DNA of 64,000 nt from an uncultured Planctomycetales bacterium (GCA_964483785.1 CAZACW010000007.1:375-64374), one strand, 5' to 3'; positions 19,868-29,435 are shown, counted from the first letter of the stretch. Numbers and translations: made by a program. Notes: a model not told the origin generated them from the sequence alone.

Positions 19868-20121
19868 TTCCGCCTAAGGCATTATTAGAAATATTGTTAA
19901 AATATGCCTATGAAATTGTCGACGAAGATGCTTTTTGTTGGGTATTACGGCGAGGGGAGGAGCTGCCATTAATCCTAACAAAAAGAGGCCACGTGGTTAC
20001 AAGAGACTTCATGGAAGCCGCCCTTAAGCAAGCTAAAATGGACAATCTTACGTATTTTAAATTTTTAAAAGAGGTTTGCCCAGAAACTATTGCTGGTATG
20101 ACCATCGAAGAAAAATCTTGA
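19849..20121 (+). CDS. HicA-like small protein
   Basis: MPALPLIPPKALLEILLKYAYEI...ALKQAKMD pattern; overlaps the hicB-like gene. Confidence 0.55.
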   Translation: MPALPLIPPKALLEILLKYAYEIVDEDAFCWVLRRGEELPLILTKRGHVVTRDFMEAALKQAKMDNLTYFKFLKEVCPETIAGMTIEEKS

Positions 20122-20232
20122 CCCCGTTTTGCATATCATTTTATATCATTCTTTCGAATTGACCCACTACCCTGATTTTGTGCAGCACGTAGCAAAATAG
20201 CTGTGTTTCAAGGACTTGGCGCGGTTTCTTCT

Positions 20233-20619
20233 TTAGGCCTCTTCGCTTAAGATACGTCCCAGGATCTTGCTGTCTAAGGCATCAGCCATCTGTTCCATAT
20301 GGCCGTCCATCCACTGGATCCAGGGCCTGCTTTTAAGCGTCTCGATGGAAAAGAGCGCCCCGCACAGATAGCGCTCGCCCTGCGCCCCGATCCTGCGAAA
20401 CCACACCAGGTTTCCTTGCGCGGGAAAGCTCGGCACGCCTTCCACACTGAAATTCATTTTCAATCCGTCTTCGGCTTTGAATAATCTGTCCGTGACAAAA
20501 AGCATTCCCGGCAGGCTGATGTTTAAAATAATGCCCTGGCCCTGCGCTTTTTGGCTGGGCACGGTCCAATGAACATCCAATTGCTTGCGCAGGCGGAAAT
20601 GTTGGCGGCGGTTGATCAT
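20233..20619 (-). CDS. PilZ domain protein
   Basis: RRQHFR and NISLPG motifs. Confidence 0.85.
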   Translation of the reverse strand: MINRRQHFRLRKQLDVHWTVPSQKAQGQGIILNISLPGMLFVTDRLFKAEDGLKMNFSVEGVPSFPAQGNLVWFRRIGAQGERYLCGALFSIETLKSRPWIQWMDGHMEQMADALDSKILGRILSEEA

Positions 20620-20640
20620 AACGTGGCCTCCTGATTTAAT

Positions 20641-22116
20641 TTAACGGCGGACCGGATAGATATACGCGAGATCATTCATATCGATGACCACAGCGTTCGG
20701 CAGCAAAGAGTAAGTGTCTCCGGCGTTGGAATAGGTGACGATGCAATGAAGCTCAAAGGGCTCTCCCATGTCGGTCAAGGCCACCCGGATCAGGTCAGGG
20801 ATCTCATAATCATTGATGGCCTTGTTGAAATTATCATAGACCGTCGGCATCCCATTATACCCTACGCCCATGTCTTTTTTGCGAATAATATGGATTTCTT
20901 GCGTTTGGCTGGAGACCTCCTGGGCGATGCGGCTGCGGACAAACATCAATTCAGCATGATTATTCATGACATTCAAGGTAGTGGTGTGATTGGCCATGAC
21001 CAGTCCCCCGCCAAGCAAACAAGCCGGCCATATCAGGGATTTGAAGCGGTTTTCCCTTTTCCATAGCCCTGCCAGCCATTGGCCGCCCTTGTAAACCATG
21101 CCCAATATCACGGCCTGTGCTGCCATAAAATGCTGGGGCATATAATCTCCGTATACTACCCACATTATATTTAATATAAATAATATAGAAAGCAAAGCAA
21201 ACATTCTAAGTATGCTGGTGCTTTTGAACATTGATAATTCAGACAGCACAAAGGCCCCCAGCATAAGATCAATGGCCAGGCCTATGGGTTTTGAACCGTA
21301 GATGTTCCATAAGCTGATGATTTGAGGCAGGCCCTGGGGTAGCAGCGTTCTTAGATGATTGAAGACCAGGGGCCAGCCGAAAAAAACATCATGGCTTGTT
21401 GATTTGATCCGGGCCCAAAAAAACAATTTCAGAGTCAAATAAAACAGCGCCGCGGCCAAAATCCAGATGACGATAAATTTCACCTGGGCGCGCGGGACAA
21501 ACTTTTCTGGCGGCTGAAACAAAACCTGAAAACAGGGCGGCACCAAAATAAAAAAGGTCGATGGAGGGTAGGTGAAAAACGCGGCTTCCACAAGGGCCAG
21601 GGCCAAAAGATACCGCGGTCCTCCCCAAGACGTTTGGGATAAAATCAGGCCGGCGCATAAAGAAATTAACCCGGCCAGGACACAGGGCAGATAAGGGACA
21701 AAGATAAAATCCTGAAAGCCCGGCAGGGTCAGGACCGTTGTTCCCAGGCAAAAAGCCGGGACAGTTTCCAAGCCCGCGGCCCCGGCCAGGACAGCCAGCA
21801 GCGCCGCGCATGCGGCAGCGGCGGCAATGGTCATGAATCTGAGTCTCGCCAGGTCGGTCAAATGCTGGATGGTCTCATAAAAATACTGCTCTATCTCTGC
21901 CAGGATAAAACGGCCTTCGGAAAGGGAATACTCAAACAGCGGGCTGTTCTGGCGATCCAGCGCTTTATTGTAAAACTTATGGAAATACCGGATGCTGTCG
22001 TGATTGATGTAGGTGATATTGACCGTCGGAGCGTAGGCGAGGTACAAGCACAGCAGGCTCCCGGCCCATAGGAGGAAAAACCGTCTCAGGCCTTGAAGGC
22101 AGGATGCATTCGGCAT
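20641..22116 (-). CDS. Multi-pass membrane protein, GtrII/GT-C glycosyltransferase-like
   Basis: NHD near the N-terminus, EGR motif, many TM helices, FTYP motif. Confidence 0.6.
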   Translation of the reverse strand: MPNASCLQGLRRFFLLWAGSLLCLYLAYAPTVNITYINHDSIRYFHKFYNKALDRQNSPLFEYSLSEGRFILAEIEQYFYETIQHLTDLARLRFMTIAAAAACAALLAVLAGAAGLETVPAFCLGTTVLTLPGFQDFIFVPYLPCVLAGLISLCAGLILSQTSWGGPRYLLALALVEAAFFTYPPSTFFILVPPCFQVLFQPPEKFVPRAQVKFIVIWILAAALFYLTLKLFFWARIKSTSHDVFFGWPLVFNHLRTLLPQGLPQIISLWNIYGSKPIGLAIDLMLGAFVLSELSMFKSTSILRMFALLSILFILNIMWVVYGDYMPQHFMAAQAVILGMVYKGGQWLAGLWKRENRFKSLIWPACLLGGGLVMANHTTTLNVMNNHAELMFVRSRIAQEVSSQTQEIHIIRKKDMGVGYNGMPTVYDNFNKAINDYEIPDLIRVALTDMGEPFELHCIVTYSNAGDTYSLLPNAVVIDMNDLAYIYPVRR

Positions 22117-22142
22117 GAATTAAAATCTTTGAAGAAAATAAA

Positions 22143-22173
22143 TGGCTTCATTTAGACGAGTTGCGCAACTGGC
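22143..22173. repeat. att-like scar 2 (degenerate tRNA-Gln 3' end)
   Basis: TGGCTTCATTTAGACGAGTTGCGCAACTGGC; 25/29 identical to scar 1. Confidence 0.7.
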
Positions 22174-22180
22174 CGATGAA

Positions 22181-22498
22181 TTACAACACTCCATCCTTAT
22201 TATCAATTGCATCTTGCAAGTAACCTAAAACTATCTTTATCATCTCTTTAACTTTATCATTACAGTTTTTAAATAGCATTATATCTAAAACATCATCCCC
22301 ATATTGTCTAATTGGATCGCTAATGAGTGAATGAATGAAAGACTGCGACGCTCTATCTATTTTATCAAAATTTAGAACCACCTTCTCTCTCTTTTTTAAT
22401 TCAGGCATGATCTCTTCAATACGAATATCTTTGCCAATATCCTTATTCTCGGCGAAGTCCTTATTTCCAATTCTTTCGTAAATATTAATTTCTTTCAT
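22181..22498 (-). CDS. STAS-like (DUF4325) protein
   Basis: VVLNFDKIDRASQSFIHSLI; overlaps the upstream ATPase gene. Confidence 0.8.
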   Translation of the reverse strand: MKEINIYERIGNKDFAENKDIGKDIRIEEIMPELKKREKVVLNFDKIDRASQSFIHSLISDPIRQYGDDVLDIMLFKNCNDKVKEMIKIVLGYLQDAIDNKDGVL

Positions 22499-23448
22499 AT
22501 GAATTTTGCCCTTTTATGCGATTTTTTGGTTTTTCTTAATGCGTAATAAATATCCCTAATGGCATCCAGTAATTCCGAATATTCTCTGGTTTGGTCAAGA
22601 CTTATGTCTATGCCGACGAGTGTCCCTTGCCAATAGGGTAATTGATCGGACTTGGAGTGTCTGTCTTCAAATGGGTCTGCATTGAGTTTTACTTTCCCTG
22701 TTTTTTGAGCCAATAACTTATAGAAGCCCTTTCCGCTGTATATAACAAAAAAATCTCTATTCAGATTTGCTATGGACTTGATAAAAAACAAACCCGCGCC
22801 GGCATTTTGCGCGGTCCCGCCAGGGGCACTGGTCGTACCGGTAATACCCGGCCACAATGCCAGGCGGATGGCTTCCAAATCCGTTGTTGCATTGTGCGAT
22901 TGATTTATGGTTCTTTTGATTCCCAACCCTGTATCTGCTATTCCTATACGAATTGAATTGCTTTTTGTGTAAAACTGGGCGCACAGGATCGCTCCATTTT
23001 CTGACAAAGAATGTTCAAGGACATTCCTTCCAAGTTCACTGATGATGTATCCGATTGTTTTTGATTGTTCCGGATCGGAATGTAGAAGGGGTATCATATC
23101 TGTAATAAATTCTGCCAATTCGTCTGATGTACGGACTTGTTTTAATGGAATAAATCTTCCCTCAGAAGCATGTTCTTGTATAACCATATCACAAGGGATA
23201 TTAAGCAACTTATAAAGCCCCATTCTAACTAAATAATGGCTTGATCTTGCCGTCAGTTTATCGATATGAATGTTTTCAGGCTTGACGGTTAGCCCTAATG
23301 ATCCAAGCATTGATAACACAAGAGGATGTACCGATGTCCATTTAGGATTTAATGTTATTTGTAACGAACTTGGATCCATAGGATCAAACCCTTTAAGAAA
23401 AGGGTCTAAATTTCCAAGAAATGCGCTATTGGGGATATGAATTTTCAT
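22495..23448 (-). CDS. HATPase_c/anti-sigma-kinase-like ATP-binding protein
   Basis: ISELGRNVLEHS (N box), IADTGLGI (G1), NAGAGLF (G2), WQGT. Confidence 0.85.
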   Translation of the reverse strand: MKIHIPNSAFLGNLDPFLKGFDPMDPSSLQITLNPKWTSVHPLVLSMLGSLGLTVKPENIHIDKLTARSSHYLVRMGLYKLLNIPCDMVIQEHASEGRFIPLKQVRTSDELAEFITDMIPLLHSDPEQSKTIGYIISELGRNVLEHSLSENGAILCAQFYTKSNSIRIGIADTGLGIKRTINQSHNATTDLEAIRLALWPGITGTTSAPGGTAQNAGAGLFFIKSIANLNRDFFVIYSGKGFYKLLAQKTGKVKLNADPFEDRHSKSDQLPYWQGTLVGIDISLDQTREYSELLDAIRDIYYALRKTKKSHKRAKFI

Positions 23449-23453
23449 GGTTT

Positions 23454-23511
23454 AATTTTACCGGGAATCCCGGTAAAAATCAAGTCAATTTTACCGGGAA
23501 TCCCGGTAAAA
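23454..23511 (-). promoter_or_regulatory. Two tandem 23-bp palindromes overlapping a probable leaderless promoter
   Basis: TTTTACCGGGAATCCCGGTAAAA twice at a 33-bp period; minus strand reads TTGATT-17nt-TAAAAT-6nt-ATG. Confidence 0.75.
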
Positions 23512-23585
23512 TTGAAATAAATAAAAAATCCATAAAAAAAGACGTAACTTAATTATTTCTAATTAATTACGTCTTAATTGACTAC

Positions 23586-23619
23586 TGGTTGCCTCATTTG
23601 GACAAGTTGCGTAACTGGC
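23586..23619. repeat. att-like scar 1 (degenerate tRNA-Gln 3' end with CCA)
   Basis: TGGTTGCCTCATTTGGAC vs tRNA end TTGCCTCGCTTGGAC (13/15), followed by AAGTTGCGTAACTGG. Confidence 0.7.
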
Positions 23620-24767
23620 TAATGTTTGAAAGTGAACCTTTGCAAAGGAACGGCTGTCACGTCCTTCGATAAGGGATACTCCTCTTTGCCGGGGTAAACA
23701 ATCCAAACATGCTTAAAAGATAGTTCCTGTATTGCCGATTTGATTGAGGCCGTGACCTCGGGGGCTTGGCTGTACTTGACTTCAATCCCATACAAACGGC
23801 CATTATTCTCAAAGACTAAATCCACCTCTCCCCCGGTGTGAACCCCCCAAAAATATGACTGGTTCTCCCGTATTCCTAAACACTTAATTACCTCTTCGAG
23901 GGCAAACCCCTCCCAGGAGGTCCCGAGTTTAGGGTGGACCAAAAGACCTTTTTTATTTTCAATGGATAATAGGGCGTGTGCGATGCCTGAATCGCGAAAA
24001 TAAATCTTTGGGGTTTTGATAATCCTTTTCTTCGTATTATAAAACCAAGGCCGGACCTCCCGGATCATGAATGTGGCTGTCAATAAATCCAAATATCTTC
24101 GCGCCGTATGGTCTGAAACGCCCAGACTGCGGCCGATTTCAGAGGCATTGAATAATTGCCCGTGATAATGGGCCAACATGCTCCAGAACCGCTGCAACAT
24201 CCGGGCTGGAATCTGCAAACCTAAATTGGGAATGTCCCTTTCCAAGAATGTGGCAATAAAATCCTGGCGCCAATGGAAGGAATCTTTGTCTGTCCGGGCT
24301 AAATAAGAACGCGGAAACCCCCCCCTTAGCCACAGCGCTTCCATTTTGCCTGGCGGGACAAGTTCGCGGTGAAATCCGGAAATCTCCATAAAGGCAATGC
24401 GTCCCGCCAATGTTTCAGAACTTTGTCTCAGCAGATGCGGCGAGGCGCTGCCCAAGATCAAATATTTAACGTGCTTGGCCCGGTCGGATAAAACGCGCAA
24501 AACAGGAAATATCTCCGGCGCCCGCTGGATTTCATCAATAACAACAACACCCTTCAGATCATTTAAAGCAGTTAAAGGGTCTGCCAGCCGTTGGATATCT
24601 TTGGGGTTTTCACAATCAAAGAAATGGACATCGGATTTGATTTGCCGCACAATTTGATGAGAAAGGGTGGTCTTGCCGCATTGCCGGGGCCCCAACAATG
24701 CTACGACGGGGTTGGATTTCAGCAGTTGTTTCGCTTGATCTATTTCAGCATGTCTTATTATCTGCAT
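23619..24767 (-). CDS. AAA_14 ATPase with DUF4143 domain
   Basis: GPRQCGKTT, IDEIQ, LGSAS, RGGFP, KTPKIYFRDSG, EVDLV...IEVK. Confidence 0.92.
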   Translation of the reverse strand: MQIIRHAEIDQAKQLLKSNPVVALLGPRQCGKTTLSHQIVRQIKSDVHFFDCENPKDIQRLADPLTALNDLKGVVVIDEIQRAPEIFPVLRVLSDRAKHVKYLILGSASPHLLRQSSETLAGRIAFMEISGFHRELVPPGKMEALWLRGGFPRSYLARTDKDSFHWRQDFIATFLERDIPNLGLQIPARMLQRFWSMLAHYHGQLFNASEIGRSLGVSDHTARRYLDLLTATFMIREVRPWFYNTKKRIIKTPKIYFRDSGIAHALLSIENKKGLLVHPKLGTSWEGFALEEVIKCLGIRENQSYFWGVHTGGEVDLVFENNGRLYGIEVKYSQAPEVTASIKSAIQELSFKHVWIVYPGKEEYPLSKDVTAVPLQRFTFKH

Positions 24768-24831
24768 GCTATAAGCATACCATGAAAATTCGACATATCA
24801 ATTCGAATTCTCATGAAGATTAAAGTTTTAA

Positions 24832-24902
24832 TTGCCTCGCTTGGACTCGAACCAAGATACTGAGATCCAGAATCTCATGTCCTACCATTAGACGACAAGG
24901 CA
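24832..24902 (-). tRNA. tRNA-Gln (CTG)
   Basis: Cloverleaf with acceptor TGCCTTG/CGAGGCA, anticodon arm TGAGA-TTCTGGA-TCTCA, T arm GGTTCGAGTCC. Confidence 0.95.
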
Positions 24903-24906
24903 ATAG

Positions 24907-26202
24907 CTACACAAAGGTCTCTTTAAGCCGGCGCACGGTGCGTTCCCTGCCCAATACGGCCATGGTGTCAAACAGGCCAGGGCCCACGGCCTTGCCGGTC
25001 AGGGCCACCCGCACCGGATGCACCAGATGGCCTGCTTCAACGCCCAATTGGCTGACTACACCGCGAAACGCTTCTTCCGCGCTTTTGACGTTAAAATCAC
25101 CGACGCTGTTTAAGCGGTCGGCCAGCAAATGAAATTCCTTGCCCAGGTTCTGGGCAAGGTGCTTGTCCCTGACCCCTTCCTCAAAAACCACCTTATCCTT
25201 AAAGAGAAAGCCGGTCCAGTCCAGAAAATCCAAAAGCGTGTTCATGCGGCCTTTGTACAATTGTACCACATGCTCAAAATCTCTTTCCTGGATTTGGGCC
25301 TCGGGATATTGGGCCGCCACCAACGGCCTTAATAACCCGGCCAATTGCGGCGTATCCATTTCCTTGATGTACTGGCTGTTGAGCCACTGCAGTTTTTCCA
25401 GCGAAAAGGCGGCGCCGGCCTTGTTGATTTTTTTGATGGAAAAATTCTTCAGCGCCGCGGCCATGGCGATTTTTTCCTGATTATTCCCCGGCGACCAGCC
25501 CAAGAGCATCAGGTAATTGACCACGGCCTGCGGCAAATAGCCCTGGGCGCGGTATTCGGTCACCGCGGTAGCCCCTGCCCTTTTGGACATGCGCCCGCCT
25601 TCGGGGTCCAGGATCAAGGGCAGGTGCGCAAATTTGGGCACTTTAAAACCCAACGCCTCATAAATCAAAATTTGCTTCGGGGTATTGGATATATGGTCTT
25701 CCCCGCGGATCACGCAGGAAATGCCCATCAAGGCATCGTCGATGACGCAGGCAAAGCTGTAGGTGGGCGAGCCGTCGGATTTCATCAGCACCTGGTCCTT
25801 GATTTCCTTGCTCTCAACGACAATCTCATCCCGGATCAGATCATAGACCTTGATGGTTTTCTCCGGCACCTTAAGCACCACGGCCTCGCCGTCCTTATAA
25901 GCCTTGCCCTCGGCCAAAAGTTTTTCCGCGTAAGGCCTGTAAATTTCAAAACGCTCGCTTTGCTTATAAAACTCATCCCATTCCAGGCCCAGCCATTTCA
26001 TGCTGTCTAAAATTTCATCCAGATATTCCTGCTGGGAGCGGACCTTGTCCGTGTCTTCAATGCGCAGAATAAAGACGCCGCCCTGGGCCTTGGCGTACAT
26101 CCAGTTAAACAGCGCGGTGCGCGCTCCCCCGATATGCAGGAATCCCGTCGGAGAAGGGGCGAAACGCACACGCAGAGGGGATGCCGGGGCAGGCTGGGTC
26201 AT
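24907..26202 (-). CDS. gltX: Glutamate--tRNA ligase
   Basis: RFAPSPTGFLHIGG, RIEDTD, IRGEDH, RMSKR. Confidence 0.96.
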   Translation of the reverse strand: MTQPAPASPLRVRFAPSPTGFLHIGGARTALFNWMYAKAQGGVFILRIEDTDKVRSQQEYLDEILDSMKWLGLEWDEFYKQSERFEIYRPYAEKLLAEGKAYKDGEAVVLKVPEKTIKVYDLIRDEIVVESKEIKDQVLMKSDGSPTYSFACVIDDALMGISCVIRGEDHISNTPKQILIYEALGFKVPKFAHLPLILDPEGGRMSKRAGATAVTEYRAQGYLPQAVVNYLMLLGWSPGNNQEKIAMAAALKNFSIKKINKAGAAFSLEKLQWLNSQYIKEMDTPQLAGLLRPLVAAQYPEAQIQERDFEHVVQLYKGRMNTLLDFLDWTGFLFKDKVVFEEGVRDKHLAQNLGKEFHLLADRLNSVGDFNVKSAEEAFRGVVSQLGVEAGHLVHPVRVALTGKAVGPGLFDTMAVLGRERTVRRLKETFV

Positions 26203-26570
26203 GCCTTGTTCCCTTTGTGCTCAAGGGCCAGGATCTCGGAGACCTTGCCCTCAAGAAAGGCGGTCTTGATTTCCCCTAAGGGCTCGAACTGAATGCCCAC
26301 GTTGTGGAATTTTTTGCTTTCACTGCCGGAATGGATCACCACCCCGCTGCATTTGAAGGGGGTCGTGGTGTTGGAGAATAAAAGCTGGATATCGACCTTG
26401 GTCCCCACCCGGACCGATTGGTTTAGATGGACGCTTAAACCGCCCACGCCGATATTGGAAGTATTGGCCAGGATGGTCTCCTGCATGCCGCTGGCCACCC
26501 AAAGCGTCAGATAACAGGGATAATTGGCCCTGGGATATTTTCGCCGATTGTTGCTCAACATAGACGTCAA
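26199..26570 (-). CDS. PilZ domain protein
   Basis: RRKYPR and NIGVGG motifs. Confidence 0.85.
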   Translation of the reverse strand: MTSMLSNNRRKYPRANYPCYLTLWVASGMQETILANTSNIGVGGLSVHLNQSVRVGTKVDIQLLFSNTTTPFKCSGVVIHSGSESKKFHNVGIQFEPLGEIKTAFLEGKVSEILALEHKGNKA

Positions 26571-26959
26571 ATGTAGGGTTTGGAAAGCGGCGTGCCCTTG
26601 GCCACCAGGCGCTGCAGAACATCGGCCAAGTACGCGCGGTCGTGTTTGGCCAAGTCCGTGAATTCGACGCCGATATCATAAAACATGGGCTTGACCTTTT
26701 CGATGGATTTGCGGCGCACGATCCAGACCACCTTGCCCTTGGCCTTGATGTGCTCGTTGCTGTCTAAAAGGTCCACTTCCAGCTCCACGGGGGTAAAGAG
26801 GCGGATCTCCTGTTTGAGGATAAAGCACAGGCCGCCCTGCCCGATATTTTCCGTGTGCGTCAACAGCGGCAGCTGCGCCCCGTCGGCCGAAAGCACCTTG
26901 ATCATGCATGGATACATCACCCTGGGGAATTTCCTGCGGTCCATGCCTTCCCAGCTCAT
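26567..26959 (-). CDS. PilZ domain protein
   Basis: DRRKFPR, NIGQGG, KVVW, IGVEF. Confidence 0.88.
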   Translation of the reverse strand: MSWEGMDRRKFPRVMYPCMIKVLSADGAQLPLLTHTENIGQGGLCFILKQEIRLFTPVELEVDLLDSNEHIKAKGKVVWIVRRKSIEKVKPMFYDIGVEFTDLAKHDRAYLADVLQRLVAKGTPLSKPYI

Positions 26960-26996
26960 AACCTTCTCCGATCGTTGATGGTCTTATGTCCACCGC

Positions 26997-27770
26997 TTAA
27001 ATGCGCTTGATCTGCCTGGCCCGGCCGCTGTTGGCATCCACCTGGACCATGACGCCGTGCAGCTCGGCCTCCCCTTGCGCCACATCGAATTTCTGGGGCA
27101 TGCTGGTCAAAAAACGGGTGATGATCTTGGTCTTGTCCTGGCCGATCACGGAATCGTAAGGCCCGCTCATCCCCAAATCCGTGATATACCCTGTTTGCTG
27201 GGGCAGGATTTTTTCATCCGCGGTCTGCACATGCGTGTGCGTGCCGAAGACTAACGAGACCTTACCGTCGGCAAAATGCCCCATGGCCACCTTTTCGCTG
27301 GTGGTCTCCGCGTGCATGTCCACGATGATCACCGGAGTCTGTACAGCGATCTTGGCCGCGATGGCCTCCAGCGCCAGAAAAGGGCAGTTGACATTATAAC
27401 GCATAAAGGTGCGGCCCAAAAGGTTTATTACGCCCACCTTGGCCCCGTTGGAGGCCGCGGCCACGGCCCAGCCCGCGCCTGGGGCCCCGTCGGGGAAATT
27501 GGCCGGCCGGATGATCTTGTGCGTGTGTTCCTGCAGGTAAGGATAGATTTCAGGCTTGTCCCAGGCATGGTCGCCCAGGGTGATGACATCGACGCCGCAG
27601 GCGAAGATCTCCTCCGCGTTTTTGGGTGTCAGGCCGCAGCCGCCGGAAGCGTTCTCGGCGTTGGCGATGACAAAATCAATGCTGTGTTCTTGCTTGAGTT
27701 TGGGCAGGGCCTTGGCCAGCGCCTCCCGGCCCGGCTGGCCTACGATATCACCTATACAAAGAATATTCAT
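26997..27770 (-). CDS. ymdB: YmdB-like metallophosphoesterase
   Basis: GDIVG, NAEN, DMHAETTSEK, GTHTHV; follows rny. Confidence 0.92.
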   Translation of the reverse strand: MNILCIGDIVGQPGREALAKALPKLKQEHSIDFVIANAENASGGCGLTPKNAEEIFACGVDVITLGDHAWDKPEIYPYLQEHTHKIIRPANFPDGAPGAGWAVAAASNGAKVGVINLLGRTFMRYNVNCPFLALEAIAAKIAVQTPVIIVDMHAETTSEKVAMGHFADGKVSLVFGTHTHVQTADEKILPQQTGYITDLGMSGPYDSVIGQDKTKIITRFLTSMPQKFDVAQGEAELHGVMVQVDANSGRARQIKRI

Positions 27771-27832
27771 TGTGAGCGAGGACCGCCGGCGTTAAAAATT
27801 CGACCAAAAGCGAAAAACAATAAATTTATCCA

Positions 27833-29404
27833 TTATTTGGCATATTCAATAGCACGGATCTCCCTGACCACCATGACCTTGATATGCCCGGGATATTCCA
27901 TCTCTTCCTCGATCTTCTTGCGGATGTCCCGCGCCATGTTCACGGCCTCATCGTCGTTGACCTTCTCCGGCATCACCACCACGCGGATCTCGCGGCCGGC
28001 TTGCAGAGCGTAGGATTTCTCGACGCCTTTAAACGAGTTGGAAATCTTCTCCAAATTCTCCAGGCGCTTGATGTAGGTTTCCATGCTCTCGGCCCTGGCC
28101 CCCGGGCGCGCGGCGCTGATGGCATCCGCGGCGGAAACCAGGATCCCGTACACCGTGTTCATTTCCACCTCGCCGTGATGGCTTTCCACGGCATAGGCCA
28201 CCTCTTCGGATTCCCCGTATTTGCGCGCCAGCCTTGCCCCCACGATGGCATGGGTGCCTTCTTCCACGTCGGAGGAAACCACCTTGCCGATATCATGCAA
28301 AAGGCCGGAGCGCTTGGCAATCTTGACATCCACCCCCAGTTGATGGGCCATGATGCCCATGAGCTTGGCCACCTCGATGGAGTGGTTAAGGCCGTTCTGG
28401 CCGAAGGAGGTGCGGTAGCGCAGGCGGCCGACCAATTTGATCAGCTCCGGGTGCATGCCGTGGATCCCCAGCTCCAGGGCCGCGCGCTCGCCGTCTTCCT
28501 TGATTTTCTTCTCTAGGTCGGCCTTGGCCTTCTCCACCACTTCCTCGATCCGTCCGGGATGGATGCGCCCGTCGGTAATCAGCGATTCTAAGGCCATGCG
28601 CGCGATTTCGCGGCGCATCATGTCAAAGCCGGAAATGGTCACGGCCTCCGGCGTGTCGTCGATGATGATGTCCACCCCCGTGGCCTGTTCCAAGGTGCGG
28701 ATATTGCGGCCCTCGCGGCCGATGATGCGGCCCTTCATCTCATCCGAAGGCAGGGGCACGACGGAAATCGTGGTCTCGGCCGTGTGGTCCGAGGCACAGC
28801 GCTGGATGGCGGTGCTGATGATCTCCCGCGCCTTTTTGTCTGCATTTTCCTTGATCTCCTCGTTGATCTGGCGCAAACGCAGGGCCTTTTCGTTGAGCAG
28901 TTCTTCCTCGATGCGCCGCAGCAAAAGCTGGCGGGCCTCTTCGGCCGAAAGCTTGGCGATGGTGTGCAGGTGCTCTTTTTCCTGGGTCAGGACGCGGGTC
29001 AACTCTTCGTCCTTTTGTTTGACGTTCGTTTCATTGCGGATCAAAGACTCCAGGCGCAGGGCCATGTCCTTTTCCTTCTTCTCCAGCAAATCGACACGCT
29101 TGTCTAAGCTTTCCTCGCGCTGCAGGACGCGCTTTTCCATGCTGCTTAATTCGTCGCGCCGCTCCTTGGTCTCCTTCTCAAAATCCTGGCGCATCTTGAT
29201 CAAAAGGTCCTTGGCCTGCAGTTCCGCTTCCTTGCGGATGGTCTCTGATTCGCGCTGGGCCATGTCCCTGATCCCGTTGGCGTCCTTGTGCGCCTGGTCC
29301 AGGCGGCGATGGCCCAAAATCCTGTTGAGGTAAAAACCGACGATGACAAAGACGATGGCGGCAAAAACAAAGACCAGTGCCTGGCCGATAGCGTAGCTTT
29401 CCAT
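27833..29404 (-). CDS. rny: Ribonuclease Y
   Basis: TM anchor, coiled coil, KH domain (KGRIIGREGRNIR), HD domain (LLHDIGK). Confidence 0.97.
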   Translation of the reverse strand: MESYAIGQALVFVFAAIVFVIVGFYLNRILGHRRLDQAHKDANGIRDMAQRESETIRKEAELQAKDLLIKMRQDFEKETKERRDELSSMEKRVLQREESLDKRVDLLEKKEKDMALRLESLIRNETNVKQKDEELTRVLTQEKEHLHTIAKLSAEEARQLLLRRIEEELLNEKALRLRQINEEIKENADKKAREIISTAIQRCASDHTAETTISVVPLPSDEMKGRIIGREGRNIRTLEQATGVDIIIDDTPEAVTISGFDMMRREIARMALESLITDGRIHPGRIEEVVEKAKADLEKKIKEDGERAALELGIHGMHPELIKLVGRLRYRTSFGQNGLNHSIEVAKLMGIMAHQLGVDVKIAKRSGLLHDIGKVVSSDVEEGTHAIVGARLARKYGESEEVAYAVESHHGEVEMNTVYGILVSAADAISAARPGARAESMETYIKRLENLEKISNSFKGVEKSYALQAGREIRVVVMPEKVNDDEAVNMARDIRKKIEEEMEYPGHIKVMVVREIRAIEYAK

Positions 29405-29435
29405 GGCTGCCTTTCCTTAAAAAATCTTGATTGAT

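Larger units (their letters stand above)
17460..20171. mobile_element. Degenerate IS1-family-like element carrying passenger genes
   Basis: Imperfect terminal IRs CGTAGTTGGTCAGTCTCGA / TCGAATTGACCCACTACC. Flanking 9-bp repeats CTAATTTTG (17451-17459) and CTGATTTTG (20172-20180). Transposase pseudogene inside; lower GC than the flanks. Confidence 0.8.

Noticed and set aside
17363-20150. ATATCATTTTATA shared by 17382 and 20133 as island att sites
   Set aside because: Low-complexity AT-rich match; one copy lies inside and one outside the IR-defined element, and a similar string occurs at 59211
28437-29333. 298-aa plus-strand ORF and similar long antisense ORFs over gltX, rarA and gyrA
   Set aside because: Antisense shadows of well-conserved GC3-rich genes with no recognisable motifs
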